Of a DNA stretch of 64,000 nt, positions 25,437 through 39,827 are shown piece by piece. Position 1 is the first letter of the stretch; each line of letters opens with the position of its first letter. The notes below the pieces were generated by a model, which worked only from the letters and a program-made list of their open reading frames with translations, had not been told where the DNA came from and did not search any database. Location of the stretch: the NCBI GenBank assembly GCA_964016885.1, contig OZ024744.1, positions 112,158,001 to 112,222,000 on the forward strand, written 5' to 3'. The DNA is from Eledone cirrhosa. Its lineage: Eukaryota. Position numbers and translations under genes: made by a program.

Positions 25437-26310
25437 ATCCTAGGTGACCGAATTAGCAGCGGAGGTGGGTGTTCAGAAAGTACAATAACTAGGGTAAGTA
25501 CGGGATGGAAGAAGTTCAGGGAACTACTGCCACTGCTAGCTACAAAAGGCTTCTCCCTCAGAATGAAAGGCAGACTGTCTGATGCGTGTATCCGAACAGC
25601 AATGTTACAGGGTAGTGAGACCTGGGCGCTGAAGGTGGAAGACTTGCGTAGATTAGAGAGAAACGAAGCCTGCATGCTCCGATGGATGTGTAATAGTAAT
25701 ATACGCGACCAACAAAGCATAAATGAATTGAGAGAGAGACTGAGCATCAGAGGAATCAAATGCTGTGTGCAGGAGAGGCGGTTGCGCTGGTATGGACATA
25801 TGATGTGTATGAAGGATGACAGCTGCATAAAAAGGAGCAGAGCACTAGAAGTCAATGGAACCCGAGGAGTGAGGAGACCCAAGATGACCTGGGATGAGGT
25901 GATAAAAGCCGACTTTACCCAATTACATCTCTCAAAGGCAATGACACATGACCGTGACCTCTGGCGTCACGCAGTAATACAGAGTACCAGACCTCCCATG
26001 AAGCATATAGACAATATTCCCCCACCCCACCCACCGCAAGGTGGTTGTGGAGGTGTCACAACAAAAAAGCACCCAGCCCACACTGTAAAGTGGACGTGTA
26101 GGGGCCATGAAAAAGCACCCAGCACTCACTGTAAATGAGGTTGGTGTTAGGAAGGGCATCCAGCTGTAGAAATCAAGCCAAAATCAGTTCCTGTATGAGC
26201 AAGGCATAGTCAGCCGACCAGACACTGCCCACAACAGGCCAACTCGTCTAACCCATGCTAGCGTGGAAGGACGGACGTAAAACGGTGATGATGATGATGA
26301 TTATGATGAT
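25437..26310 (+). pseudogene. RTE LINE 3' fragment with 3' UTR and (ATG)n tail
   Basis: LGDRISSGGGCSE...[11 protein letters not shown]...GSETW...RRLRWYGH...RPKMTW. Confidence 0.9.
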
Positions 26311-26363
26311 ATATATATATATTTGTATGTGTATATATATATATATATATAGATATATATTTG

Positions 26364-26395
<32 letters not shown>

Positions 26396-26399
<4 letters not shown>

Positions 26400-27212
26400 A
26401 TAAAAACACTTGAGTGCATTAGAGTCTTGTACTGTCATTTCTCTAAGAGAAATGACAGTACAAGAGATAGCTCAATGTTATCAAACAGAGCCGAAAAAAT
26501 TATATAAATCAACAAAGGAGCCTTTAATACATTAAAAATCTTTATTCGCTGACAATGTTTCGTCCCAGTAATAAGGACTCTTCAGAGCAAGGAAAAGACA
26601 AAAAATATCAACGGCTAGAACAAGCCAAAATTCAGAAGAATAGAGAAATAGAAAAATAGAAATTTATATGTTACTTTATAAGATATAATATGCAGGTAAT
26701 ATAAAAACAGGATAAGGAGGCAAGATCTAGGATGTTGCGACATATTTAGATTTCAGGTAACTAAGAATGGATAAAAATTTATAATATTTATAACACACCC
26801 AGGAGAGACGTGTCAACCTAATAGGGTACATTGGTACATAAAAACTATAGGGCAAGAGAGCAAGCAAACATTAAAATAGCCACGTTAAAAGTACAATATA
26901 TGTCCAATGCTCGAAATACAACATAGTAATATAATCCGAGAAATAAGATATAAAAAATATAAATAATATACAATACAATGCAATATATAATACAGAAATC
27001 CTGTTTTTATATTACCTGCATATTATATCTTATAATGTAACATTTAAATTTATATTTTTCTATTTCTCTATTCTTCTGAATTTTGGCTTGTTCTAGCCGT
27101 TGATATTTTTTGTCTTTTCCTTGCTCTGAAGAGTCCTTATTACTGGGACGAAACATTGTCAGCGAATACAGATTTTTAATGTATTAAAGGCTTCTTTGTT
27201 GATTTATATAAT
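26396..27212 (-). mobile_element. fold-back hammerhead element family G
   Basis: 26498-26713 and 26998-27212 are inverted with a spacer of about 285 bp. Confidence 0.8.
27121..27165 (+). ncRNA. canonical-core minimal hammerhead with GUC site (mirror at 26546-26590, minus strand)
   Basis: ttgct-CTGAAGA-gtcc(ttattactg)ggac-GAAAC-att-GTC-agcga. Confidence 0.85.
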
Positions 27213-27229
27213 ATATATATATATATTTG

Positions 27230-27262
<33 letters not shown>

Positions 27263-27263
<1 letters not shown>

Positions 27264-27655
27264 AGAATTAAAATACTAGAGTGTGTTGGAGTTAAATACC
27301 CTCTTCATATTATAGAAATGACAGTAAAGGTATAGCTCAATGTAATTAAACAGAGCCGAAGAATTATGAAAATAAAGCAAAGAAGCCTTCAATACATCAA
27401 AAGTCTTTATTAGCCAACAATGTTTCGTCCTATTAAGGACTCATCGGGGCAAGTAAAGCTATAAGAAGCACTATCGGCCAATACAAGCCAAAAACTCAGA
27501 AGAATATGAAGTATACATAGATTAAAGCTTAGGGAAGATATCAAGTAAAGATTGCTAAGGAAGTGAATAACATTTTGAACCATATTACAAATATAGTACA
27601 ATGCAAAGACTAAAACTAAACACAAGTGGTGATATAAAACGAGAATTACAGTACT
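27263..27655 (-). mobile_element. family G copy, hammerhead core mutated to CCGATGA (27411-27452)
   Basis: Minus strand ttgcc-CCGATGA-gtcc..ggac-GAAAC-att-GTT-ggcta followed by aataaa. Confidence 0.75.
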
Positions 27656-27788
27656 ATATATGATATATAGTATATATATATATGTATATATACTATATAT
27701 ATATATATATATATATATACTATATATATATATATATATATATATACTATATATATATATATATATATATATACTATATATATATATA

Positions 27789-27824
<36 letters not shown>

Positions 27825-28073
27825 TATATATATATATACTATATATATACTATATATATATATATATATATATACTATATATATACTATATATATATATA
27901 TATATATACTATATATATATATACTATATATATATACTATATATATATACTATATATATATATATACTATATATATATATACTATATATATATATATACT
28001 ATATATATATATACTATATATATATATACTATATATATATATATACTATATATATATACTATATATATATATA

Positions 28074-28115
<42 letters not shown>

Positions 28116-28431
28116 TATATATATATATATACTATATATATATATATACTATATATATATATATATATATATACTATATATATATATACTATATATATAT
28201 ATACTATATATATATATACTATATATATATACTATATATATATATACTATATATATATACTATATATATATATATACTATATATATATACTATATATATA
28301 TATACTATATATATATACTATATATATATATATATACTATATATATATATATATACTATATATATATATACTATATATATATATACTATATATATATATA
28401 CTATATATATATATATTATATATATATATAC

Positions 28432-28468
<37 letters not shown>

Positions 28469-28616
28469 GTATATATATATACTATATATATATACTATAT
28501 ATATATATATATATACTATATATATATATGTATATACTATATATATATACTATATATATATATATATATACTATATATATGTATATACTATATATATACT
28601 ATATATATACTATATA
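27655..28616. repeat. (TA)n satellite with periodic TAC interruptions
   Basis: Direct reading. Confidence 0.95.
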
Positions 28617-28637
28617 TTTTTTTTTTTTTTTTTTTTA

Positions 28638-31600
28638 ATGACCATGCTGTAAAATGGAGTGGTAGAGAGGGCCCTTGAGTCTAGTAAGACATCCTCTCTA
28701 GTGCTGGTGGCACAAATAAAAGCACCCAGTCCATGCTGTAAAGTGGCGCTGGTGTTAGGAAGGGCATCCAACCAGTGTATCAATGCCAAAAGCTTATCAG
28801 CACAGCAACAAAACAGCATAGAAAATATGAAGACGTCGCATCTCAGAGTTGCAACACTTAATGTTGGCACTCTCAGAGGTAGATCTGCTGAAATAGCGGA
28901 GATGCTGGAGAGAAGGCAGGTGGATGTGTGCTGCGTGCAAGAGGTGAGATGGAGAGGTGCCTCTGCGAGACTAGTCGTAGGCAAGCGTCTTAGCTATAAG
29001 CTATTCTGGGTAGGTAAGGATGATGGGTTAGGGGGAGTAGGCATTTTCCTGGCTGAGAAATGGATCAATAAGACAATAGAGGTAGTTCGAGTTAGTAATC
29101 GAATAATTAAGCTTAGATTAGTTGTAGGTAGGAGACTACTGACAATCATCTCGGTCTATGCTCCCCAAGCAGGCCTAGGCAAAGATGAGAAAGACTGCTT
29201 TTATGAGCAACTCTTGCAAACAACCACAATGACAGAGGACGGAGACATCGTTATGCTAGCAGGAGACTTCAATGGTCATGTTGGACAGCTCCAGGATGGT
29301 TACACTGGGGTACATGGTGGGCACGGTTATGGTTCAAGAAATGAAGAAGGAGTGAGACTTCTTGAATTTTGTGATGCAAGTACATTGACTATTTGCAACA
29401 CAAACTTCCAGAAACCTGCCAATCACCTAATAACCTACAAATCTGGTGAGCACATAAGCCAGATTGACTTCCTGCTAGTTAGGCAGCGGGACAGGCAGAT
29501 AGTGTCTAATACCAAGGCATACCCTGGGGAAGAATGTACCCCACAGCATAGGTTAGTTGTTAGTGATATCTCAGTAAGCAAGAGATGGAATGAGACATAT
29601 AGGAAGGTGTGGAGAAGAAAGGTCTGGAAGCTAAAAGACCTTTCACTAAAATTCAAATTTAGGAAAGCCCTTCAAGATGTATATGACGAAAAAGAAGACG
29701 ATTTAGAGACGTATGACATAGATAATAACTGGAAGCTCTTACGTGACAACTTGCTGCAGGCTACTGATGAAACCTGTGGCTGGAGCAGAGCTCCAACCAG
29801 ACAGAGAGTGACCTGGTGGTGGAACAGCACAGTAGATAAGGCTATTAGAGACAAAAGACTAGCATAGAAGGCTTGGAAAAAGGGTGGGAGTAGGGAAGAA
29901 TATACAGCCACTAAGAGAGAAGCTAGACGTCAGGTGTACTTAGCACGCAGGGAGGCAGAGAGTAGGAAGTTTGCCAATGTTCTGCGACGGGAAGATCAGA
30001 GGCGTGCGGTGTTCCACATTGCAAGGCAGTGTGTCAATGCAAATCAGCATGTCGTTGGTGATAAATGTGTCCGGGATGATGCCGGTGTACTTAGTGTCAC
30101 GAATGACCAGAAAAAGGAGGCCTGGAAATGTCATTATGAGAGACTGATGAATGTGGAGAACGAATGGGAGAGAGAGAAATTACCCTTGGTAGATCTGACA
30201 GAGGGACCAGCTATTGAGATTGACGAATATAGGGTCCAAGAGGCGATTAGGGAAATGAAAAATGGTAAGGCGGCCGGACCATCGGGAATAGTTGCTGAGA
30301 TGCTGAAGGCATCAGGGGACGTAGGCACTAAATTGGTTGCACGCATCATCAATCAGGCTATATATGGTGGTGTCATACCCAAAGACTGGTGCAGCAGTAT
30401 TCTCATAAATTGCTACAAAGGTAAAGGGGATGCTTTGGAGAGGAGCAATTATAGGGGTATAAAGCTGATAGATCAGGTTATGAAAGTGGCAGAAAGGATT
30501 TTAGCACAACTAATTAGAGAAAGGGTCAAACTAGATGAGATGCAGTTTGGTTTTGTGCTTGGGAAGAGTACAACAGATGCCCTCTTCTTGGTGAGACAAA
30601 TGCAAGAGAGGTTCTTAGAGAAGAATAAGCCACTATACTTAGCCTTTGTTGACCTAGAGAAGGCCTTTGATAGGGTAACCCGATCTGTCATCTGGTGGTC
30701 CCTAAGGAAGCTGGGTGTTGAGGAATGGCTTGTGAGGACAGTGCAAACTTTGTACAGAGCTACTCTCAGTAAAGTCAGGGTAGGAATGGAGTTTAGTGAG
30801 GAATTCCAGATACAAGTAGGAGTACATCAGGGTTCGGTCCTCAGCCCGCTCTTGTTCATTATAGTCCTCAAAGCCATAACAGAGGAGTTTAAGACTGGCT
30901 GTCCATGGGAACTTCTCTATGCTGACGATCTGGCTCTTATGGCAGAATCAGTAGAGGAGCTAGAGAATAAATTCCGGCTATGGAAACAGCAGTTGGAAGC
31001 AAGAGGACTGAGAGTAAATCTAGCTAAGACAAAAGTGTTGATGAGTAGAAAAGAGGACAAAACCCCGATTCCGTCAGGGAAATGGCCATGTTCGATATGC
31101 AGAAAAGGAACTGGCATAAATTCTATAAAATGCACACAATGCAGGTCCTGGGTACACAAGAGATGTAGCGGGATAGCAGGCAAACTAACAGGTAGGGAGA
31201 AATATGTATGCAGTAGATGTACAGGGAAATTAGACAGTAGAAGTCGCACTGATAGACACATTTTTCAATAGCGCTATAGAAGTGGTGGATAGTTTCCGGT
31301 ACCTAGGAGATCAGATTAGCATGGGAGGAGGGTGTTCCGAGGCCATAGTATCTAGAATAAGGACGAGTTGGAAGAAGTTTAGGGAGCTGCTTCCTCTGTT
31401 GACGAAGAAGGGTTTCTCCCTGCGTACGAAAGGCCGGTTGTATGATGCCTGTGTGAGGAGTGCGATGCTGCATGGTAGTGGGACATGGGCAGCAACCGCA
31501 GAGGATATGCGACGGCTGGAGAGAAATGAGGCAAGCATGCTCCGTTGGATGTGCAGTGTAAATGTGCGTGAACGACCCAACATAAATGTGTTGAGAGAGA

Positions 31601-31905
31601 AACTGTGTCTGAGAGGGATAGAATGTAGTGTACGGGAGAGGAGACTGACGTGGTATGGACATGTGATGCGCATGGAGGATGACCGATGGGTGAAGAAGTG
31701 CCAGGAAATGCCAGTTGAGGGAAGACGTGGTAGAGGTAGACCACGAAAAACATGGGCGGAGGTGGTGAGAACAGACCTCAGATCATTGAAGCTCACGACG
31801 GTGGAGATGACGAGGGACCGTGACGAGTGGAGAGATGCTGTGCTGAATAAGACCCGTCCCACCCTTGCAAGCAGGGAAAAGCGGACGTAAAATGATGATG
31901 ATGAT

Positions 31906-31906
<1 letters not shown>
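28638..31906 (+). mobile_element. near-full-length RTE-clade LINE (APE-RT-PHD) with two disabling lesions
   Basis: Short 5' UTR; ORF from ATG 28827: ATLNVGTL, CCVQEVRW, SVYAP, GDFNGHVG, QIDF, VDLEKAFDRV, GVHQGSVLSP, YADD, FRYLG, RGRGRPRKTW; (ATG)n tail. Confidence 0.95.
28827..31890 (+). pseudogene. RTE endonuclease/reverse transcriptase ORF (TAG at 29865-29867; frameshift near 31265)
   Basis: ORF-track pieces 28659-29867 and 29934-31271 share a frame; 31282-31890 is shifted; the paralog at 63547-63879 has W at the stop position. Confidence 0.93.
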
Positions 31907-32680
<774 letters not shown>

Positions 32681-33090
32681 CTTTGAATAACTTTGAAATG
32701 TTTTGGCCAGTATTGGCCCAGGCCATGTCTAACTTAATAGCACCACCTGGCGAAGTCTTTCAATTCAGGATTTGGGCACCATGGCCCATTCGAGAAGAGA
32801 ATTACTGTTTGCGGAGACATATCCGGGTGTGGGTGGTTTGTCCGGGATTACTTGGAGGAATTTGTCCAAAGACTTCTTGAATTTTGTGTGGTCAGTTTCG
32901 GTTTTGACGTGTCCTGGTGTGATGTTGAAGAGAGCAGGGCCGATTGAGGTGAAATAATTGTGCCGTATTGTTGTTATGAGTTGCGATTTAGAATTTTGAA
33001 TGGGACGGATAGCACGGGGCCCAAGCCTTGGGTGTATCTTGAAGGCGATGCCAACATCATTTGGGCAGTGATGATGGAACATTTTCCACA
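32681..33090 (-). pseudogene. CR1-like LINE 3' fragment
   Basis: HNYFTSIGPALFNITP...FKKSLDKFLQVIPDKPPTPGY...NSLL, typical CR1-group ORF2 C-terminus. Confidence 0.7.
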
Positions 33091-33668
33091 TATATACATA
33101 TATATATATATACATATATATATAGTATATATATATATATAGTATATATATATACTATATATATATATACATATATATATAGTATATATATATATATATA
33201 GTATATATATATACTATATATATATATACATATATATATAGTATATATATATATATAGTATATATATATACTATATATATATATACATATATATATAGTA
33301 TATATATATATATATAGTATATATATATATACTATATATATATATATATACTATATATATATATATACATATATATATAGTATATATATATATATATAGT
33401 ATATATATATACTATATATATATATACTATATATATATATATACATATATATATAGTATATATATATATACTGTATATATATATATACATATATATATAG
33501 TATATATATATATATAGTATATATATATATACTATATATATATATATACATATATATATACTATATATATATATATACATATATATATAGTATATATATA
33601 TATACTGTATATATATATATACATATATATATAGTATATATATATATATATATAGTATATATATATAC

Positions 33669-33706
<38 letters not shown>

Positions 33707-33714
33707 CTATATAT

Positions 33715-33756
<42 letters not shown>

Positions 33757-33798
33757 TATATATATACATACATATATATATATATATATACTATATAT

Positions 33799-33840
<42 letters not shown>

Positions 33841-33847
33841 TATATAT

Positions 33848-33891
<44 letters not shown>

Positions 33892-33993
33892 TATATATAT
33901 ATATATATAGTATATATATATATACTGTATATATATATATACATATATATATAGTATATATATATATATATAGTATATATATATACTATATAT

Positions 33994-34028
<35 letters not shown>

Positions 34029-34036
34029 CTATATAT

Positions 34037-34077
<41 letters not shown>

Positions 34078-34081
34078 ATAT

Positions 34082-34125
<44 letters not shown>

Positions 34126-34460
34126 TATATATATATATATATATATATACTATATATATATGTATATATACTATATATATATGTATATATATATACTATA
34201 TATATATACTATATATATATATATATATATATACTATATATATATGTATATATATACTATATATATATATATATATATACTATATATATATATATATATA
34301 TACTATATATATATGTATATATATACTATATATATATATATATATACTATATATATATGTATATATATACTATATATATATATATATATATACTATATAT
34401 ATATGTATATATATACTATATATATATATATATATACTATATATATATGTATATATATAC

Positions 34461-34492
<32 letters not shown>

Positions 34493-34689
34493 CTATATAT
34501 ATATATATACTATATATATATATATATATACTATATATATATACTATATATATATATATATACTATATATATATACTATATATATATATATATATATACT
34601 ATATATATATATATACTATATATATATACTATATACTATATATATATATATATACTATATATATATACTATATATATATATATACTATA

Positions 34690-34727
<38 letters not shown>

Positions 34728-34730
34728 CTA

Positions 34731-34768
<38 letters not shown>

Positions 34769-34906
34769 CTATACATATATATATATATATATATACTATA
34801 CATATATATATATATATATACTATATACTATATATATATATACTATATATATATATATATATATACTATATATATATATATATACTATATATATATATAT
34901 ATACTA

Positions 34907-34944
<38 letters not shown>

Positions 34945-34992
34945 CTATATACTATATATATATATATATACTATATATATATATATACTATA

Positions 34993-35088
<96 letters not shown>

Positions 35089-35150
35089 TATATATATATA
35101 TATATATACCTATATATATATATATATATATACCTATATATATATATATA

Positions 35151-35201
<51 letters not shown>

Positions 35202-35719
35202 CTATATATATATATATATATATACTATATATATATATATATAGTATATATATATATAGTATATATATATATATATAGGTATATATATATATATATATAT
35301 AGTATATATATATATATATAACGAAGGAAATGTGGTAAGGAACCAGGTGGACCATAACCATATATATATATAGTATATATATATATATAGTATATATATA
35401 TATATATATATAGTATATATATATAGTATATATATATATATAGTATATATATATACTATATATATACATATATATACTATATATATATATATATATACTA
35501 TATATATATATATATATATACTATATATATATATATATATATATACTATATATATATATATATATATACTATATATATATATATATACTATATATATATA
35601 TATATATATATACTATATATATATATATATATACTATATATATATATATATATATATATACTATATATATATATATATATACTATATATATATATATATA
35701 TACTATATATATATATATA

Positions 35720-35750
<31 letters not shown>

Positions 35751-35998
35751 CTATATATATATATATATATACTATATATATATATATATACTATATATAT
35801 ATATACTATATATATATATGTATATATACTATATATATATGTATATATATATACTATATATATATGTATATATATATACTATATATATATGTATATATAT
35901 ATACTATATATATATGTATATATATACTATATATATATATATATATATACTATATATATATATATATATATATACTATATATATATATATATATACTA
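33090..35998. repeat. (TA)n satellite of about 2.9 kb containing a 40-bp family C tail at 35320-35360
   Basis: Direct reading; aacgaaggaaatgtggtaaggaaccaggtggaccataac is the reverse complement of 10691-10729. Confidence 0.93.
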
Positions 35999-35999
35999 T

Positions 36000-36342
36000 C
36001 ATCATTTCATCATTTCATTTTACGTCCACTTTTCCCTGCTTGCAAGGGTGGGACGGGAACTGATTCTGGCTTGATTTCTACAGCTGGATGCCCTTCCTAA
36101 CACCAACCTCATTTACAGTGAGTGCTGGGTGCTTTTTTTGCCGTGGCACCTCCACGACCACTTTGCAGTGGAATGATAGTGACCCCAGTCCCTATCATCT
36201 CATTTCTACAGCTGAGTAAACTGGAGCAATGTGAAATAAAGTGCCTTGCTCAAGGAAACAACACATCACCCGGTCTGAGAATTGAACTCACAACCTTTCG
36301 ATTGCAAGGCCAATGCTCTAACCACTAAGCCATGTGCCTCCA
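36000..36342 (-). mobile_element. SINE family 2, full length
   Basis: Reverse complement of 19532-19870. Confidence 0.9.
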
Positions 36343-36373
<31 letters not shown>

Positions 36374-36399
36374 CTATATATATATATATATATATATAC

Positions 36400-36505
<106 letters not shown>

Positions 36506-36552
36506 TATATATATATACTATACACACACACACACACACACACACATATTTG

Positions 36553-37124
36553 TAGTAATTAGATTCCCATCTGTTGTTTTGACATTTTTATAGAATATAT
36601 TATTGGTTATTTTTCTAAATCTATAGAGGGATTAGAGATAGTATAGATATGATAGAGGGATTAGAGATAGTATAGATATGCAAATAACCAATAATATATT
36701 CTATAAAAATGTCAAAACAACAGATGGGAATCTAATTACTCACTGCCACCAAAAATTCTCACTGCTATCAACAAACCACTCCCTCAACTATTCTTCTAAC
36801 AACTTCACCCCTCCCTCCTAATATTCTTTATAAAAACTAAATAGGTCCTCAGTAATATTATTCTGATGAAATGACAGTTGATAATAACATTGAAATATTG
36901 AATGTCTGCATAACTAATACTTTGTAGATAGCAGCTGTTTTAGGTTACGTAACTGTTATAGAAACACGTGTCAATAAATTCCTTTTAACTAACCTGTATC
37001 CATTCAAATCTTTCTATTTTTCTCCGGATTACTTTTGGAACTACAACTGGAACCGTCGAGCAAACTCTACGTGAGCTGTCCATCTACTGTGTGTAATATT
37101 TATATTACAACACTACGGAAAATA

Positions 37125-37128
<4 letters not shown>
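36553..37128 (+). mobile_element. hammerhead element family H with a 5' inverted arm
   Basis: 36555-36612 is inverted at 36682-36740; homolog at 56245-56722. Confidence 0.78.
36858..36977 (+). ncRNA. hammerhead with a large insertion in stem II
   Basis: ttatt-CTGATGA-a-atgacagttg...(about 70 nt)...taactgttat-a-GAAA-cacgtg-TC-aataa. Confidence 0.72.
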
Positions 37129-37168
<40 letters not shown>

Positions 37169-37438
37169 TATATATATATACTATATACTATATATATTGT
37201 TTATAAACAATGATTACAAATTGTTGGCCTTGTGCCAACAATTGTGGTGAGCTGAAAATGAATTACATTAACTCCAGTATGTGACACGTACTTTATTTTA
37301 CCAACACTAGAAGGATGAACTAATAAATACTGAATATACTAAGTAAAACTGCCTTTTTCTGGCAACAAAAATATGATTGGTAGGATTGCTTAACATGTAG
37401 GTAGGTTAAACAATTTAAATAAGTGTTGTTATTATTAT

Positions 37439-37830
37439 TGGTGAATTGGCAGTATCGGTAGAGGGTCGGACGCCATGCTTTGACGCATAGTTACGTCCCT
37501 TTACAGTCTGAGTTCAATTCCCGCCGAGGTTCACTTTGACTTGCATCCTTACGGGGTCGATAAAATAAAGTACCAGTAATGCACTGGGTTATTTGCTGGC
37601 CTTGTGCCTAAAGTAGAAACAATTATATTGGCAGTGAATTGGTAGTATTGGTAGAGGGGTGGACGACATGCTTTCCAGCATAGAGTTACGCCCCTTTACG
37701 GTCTGAGTTCAAATTCCGCCGAGGTTAACTTTGCCTTTCATCCTTACGGGGGTCGGTCGATAAAAAATAAAGTACCAGTAATGCACTGGGGTAATTTGCT
37801 GGCCTTGTGCCTAAAGTAGAAACAGTTATT
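37439..37830 (+). mobile_element. two tandem SINE family 1 copies
   Basis: Family consensus present twice (37439-37627 and 37632-37830). Confidence 0.9.
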
Positions 37831-37875
37831 ATGTAGAATAGAGTGAATGTGTGTGTGTGGTTGAGTAAATTAGCT

Positions 37876-38279
37876 TGCCGAGCCACCTTGCCGTGCCACC
37901 TTGCAGTGCCACCTTGCAGTGCCACCTTGCCGACCCACCTTGCAGTGCCACCTTGCCGTGCAACCTTGCCGAGCCACCTTGCCGTGCCACCTTGCAGTGC
38001 AACCTTGCCGTGCCACCTTGCCGTGCCACCTTGCCGTGCCACCTTGCCGTGCCACCTTGCAGTGCCACCTTGCAGTGCCACCTTGCCGTGCAACCTTGCC
38101 GTGCCACCTTGCCGTGCCACCTTGCCGTGCCACCTTGCCGTGCAACCTTGCCGTGCAACCTTGCCGTGCCACCTTGCCGTGCCACCTTGCCGTGCCACCT
38201 TGCCGTGCCACCTTGCCGTGCAACCTTGCCGTGCAACCTTGCCGTGCCACCTTGCAGTGCCACCTTGCAGTGCCACCTT
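37876..38279. repeat. 13-bp GC-rich minisatellite (gtgccaccttgcc)n, about 31 copies
   Basis: Direct reading. Confidence 0.95.
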
Positions 38280-38496
38280 TCTGCCGCTGCGCATGCAGTT
38301 CAAGTTTACCTTTTTTGTGGTTGTAGCAAAAGTCAATTAGTCTAAGCCCCCTCCACCCTGCATCCCAGTGTAAATTGTGTTCTCCTCGTTAACTAGTGAC
38401 ATTGTCAAGAACAAGTAAGTCTTGATATATATCTATGCATTCTTGATTGGGAGGAAGATTGTGGAGGAGAGTATAAGAGAGAGAGAAGGAGAGAAT

Positions 38497-38775
38497 GAGA
38501 AAGGGGGAAGAAAGAGAGGCAATGAGAGAGGGGGAAAATAGGAGAGGGAATGAGAAAGGGGGAAGAAAGAGAGGCAATGAGAGAGGGGGAAAATAGGAGA
38601 GGGAATGAGAAAGGGGGAAGAAAGAGAGGCAATGAGAGAGGGGGAAAATAGGAGAGGGAATGAGAAAGGGGGAAGAAAGAGAGGCAATGAGAGAGGGGGA
38701 AAATAGGAGAGGGAATGAGAAAGGGGGAAGAAAGAGAGGCAATGAGAGAGGGGGGAAAATAGGAGAGGGAATGAG
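38497..38775. repeat. 55-bp purine-rich tandem repeat, 5 copies, inside a GA-rich tract running to 39060
   Basis: Unit gagaaagggggaagaaagagaggcaatgagagagggggaaaataggagagggaat. Confidence 0.9.
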
Positions 38776-39009
38776 AGAGAGAGGTAAAAGAGAGAATGGG
38801 AACGAAGAGGAAGTGAAAATGACAAAGGGGAGGAAAAGAGAATGAGAGAAGGGGAGACAGGGAGGGAGTATAAGAGTGAGAGGGAGGGTGTGTGTGTATA
38901 AAAAAAGGTAGAGACATAATGAGAGAAATAAAGAAGATACACTAGAGTAGGAGGGGGGGGTAATGAAGTGGACAGTGAGGAGGGAGAGAGAGGCGGACTG
39001 AGAGAGGGG

Positions 39010-39068
<59 letters not shown>

Positions 39069-39484
39069 GAGTTAACTGGTAAAAAGAAAAGAAGAAATAA
39101 GTAAATAAAGAAAGTAGATGTAAAGTAGACAGGTGTGTCTTTCTGCCACACCTGATTATTAATTGCTATACAAGAGGAGGTATAGTTAGTGCAGTACACA
39201 CACTCCTACACACACACACACACACACATATATGTACACACACAGACACACATATATGTGAGTATATATATATATATATACATACATATATATATATATA
39301 CGTACATGCATATATACATACATATATATATATATATATATACATACATATATATAACACATACATACATATATATATACATACACATATATATATACAT
39401 ACTTATACATATATACATATACATACATATACATACATATACATACATATATATATATACATACATACATATATATATACATAC

Positions 39485-39520
<36 letters not shown>

Positions 39521-39685
39521 ATACATACTTATGCATACATATATATATATACATATATATACATACATATATACATACATACATATACATACATATATAT
39601 ATATAACACATACATACATATACATACATATACATACATATATATATATATACATACATATATATATATACATACATATGCATAC

Positions 39686-39750
<65 letters not shown>

Positions 39751-39827
39751 CATATGCATACATATATATATACATACATACATTTATATTTATATACATA
39801 CATACATATATATATATATATACACAT

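Noticed and set aside
27660-28652. Long YI/IY-rich ORFs (also 31865-36560, 39186-39890, 42196-43274, 11734-12477)
   Set aside because: Translations of stop-free microsatellites
28638-28826. HDV-like ribozyme in the RTE 5' UTR
   Set aside because: Hairpins are present (tagagagg/cctctcta) but the nested double pseudoknot could not be traced by eye
37725-39066. Repetitive ORFs (ARQGGTARWHGKV; SLPLFLPPF)
   Set aside because: Products of the 13-bp and 55-bp repeats, open in several frames and on both strands
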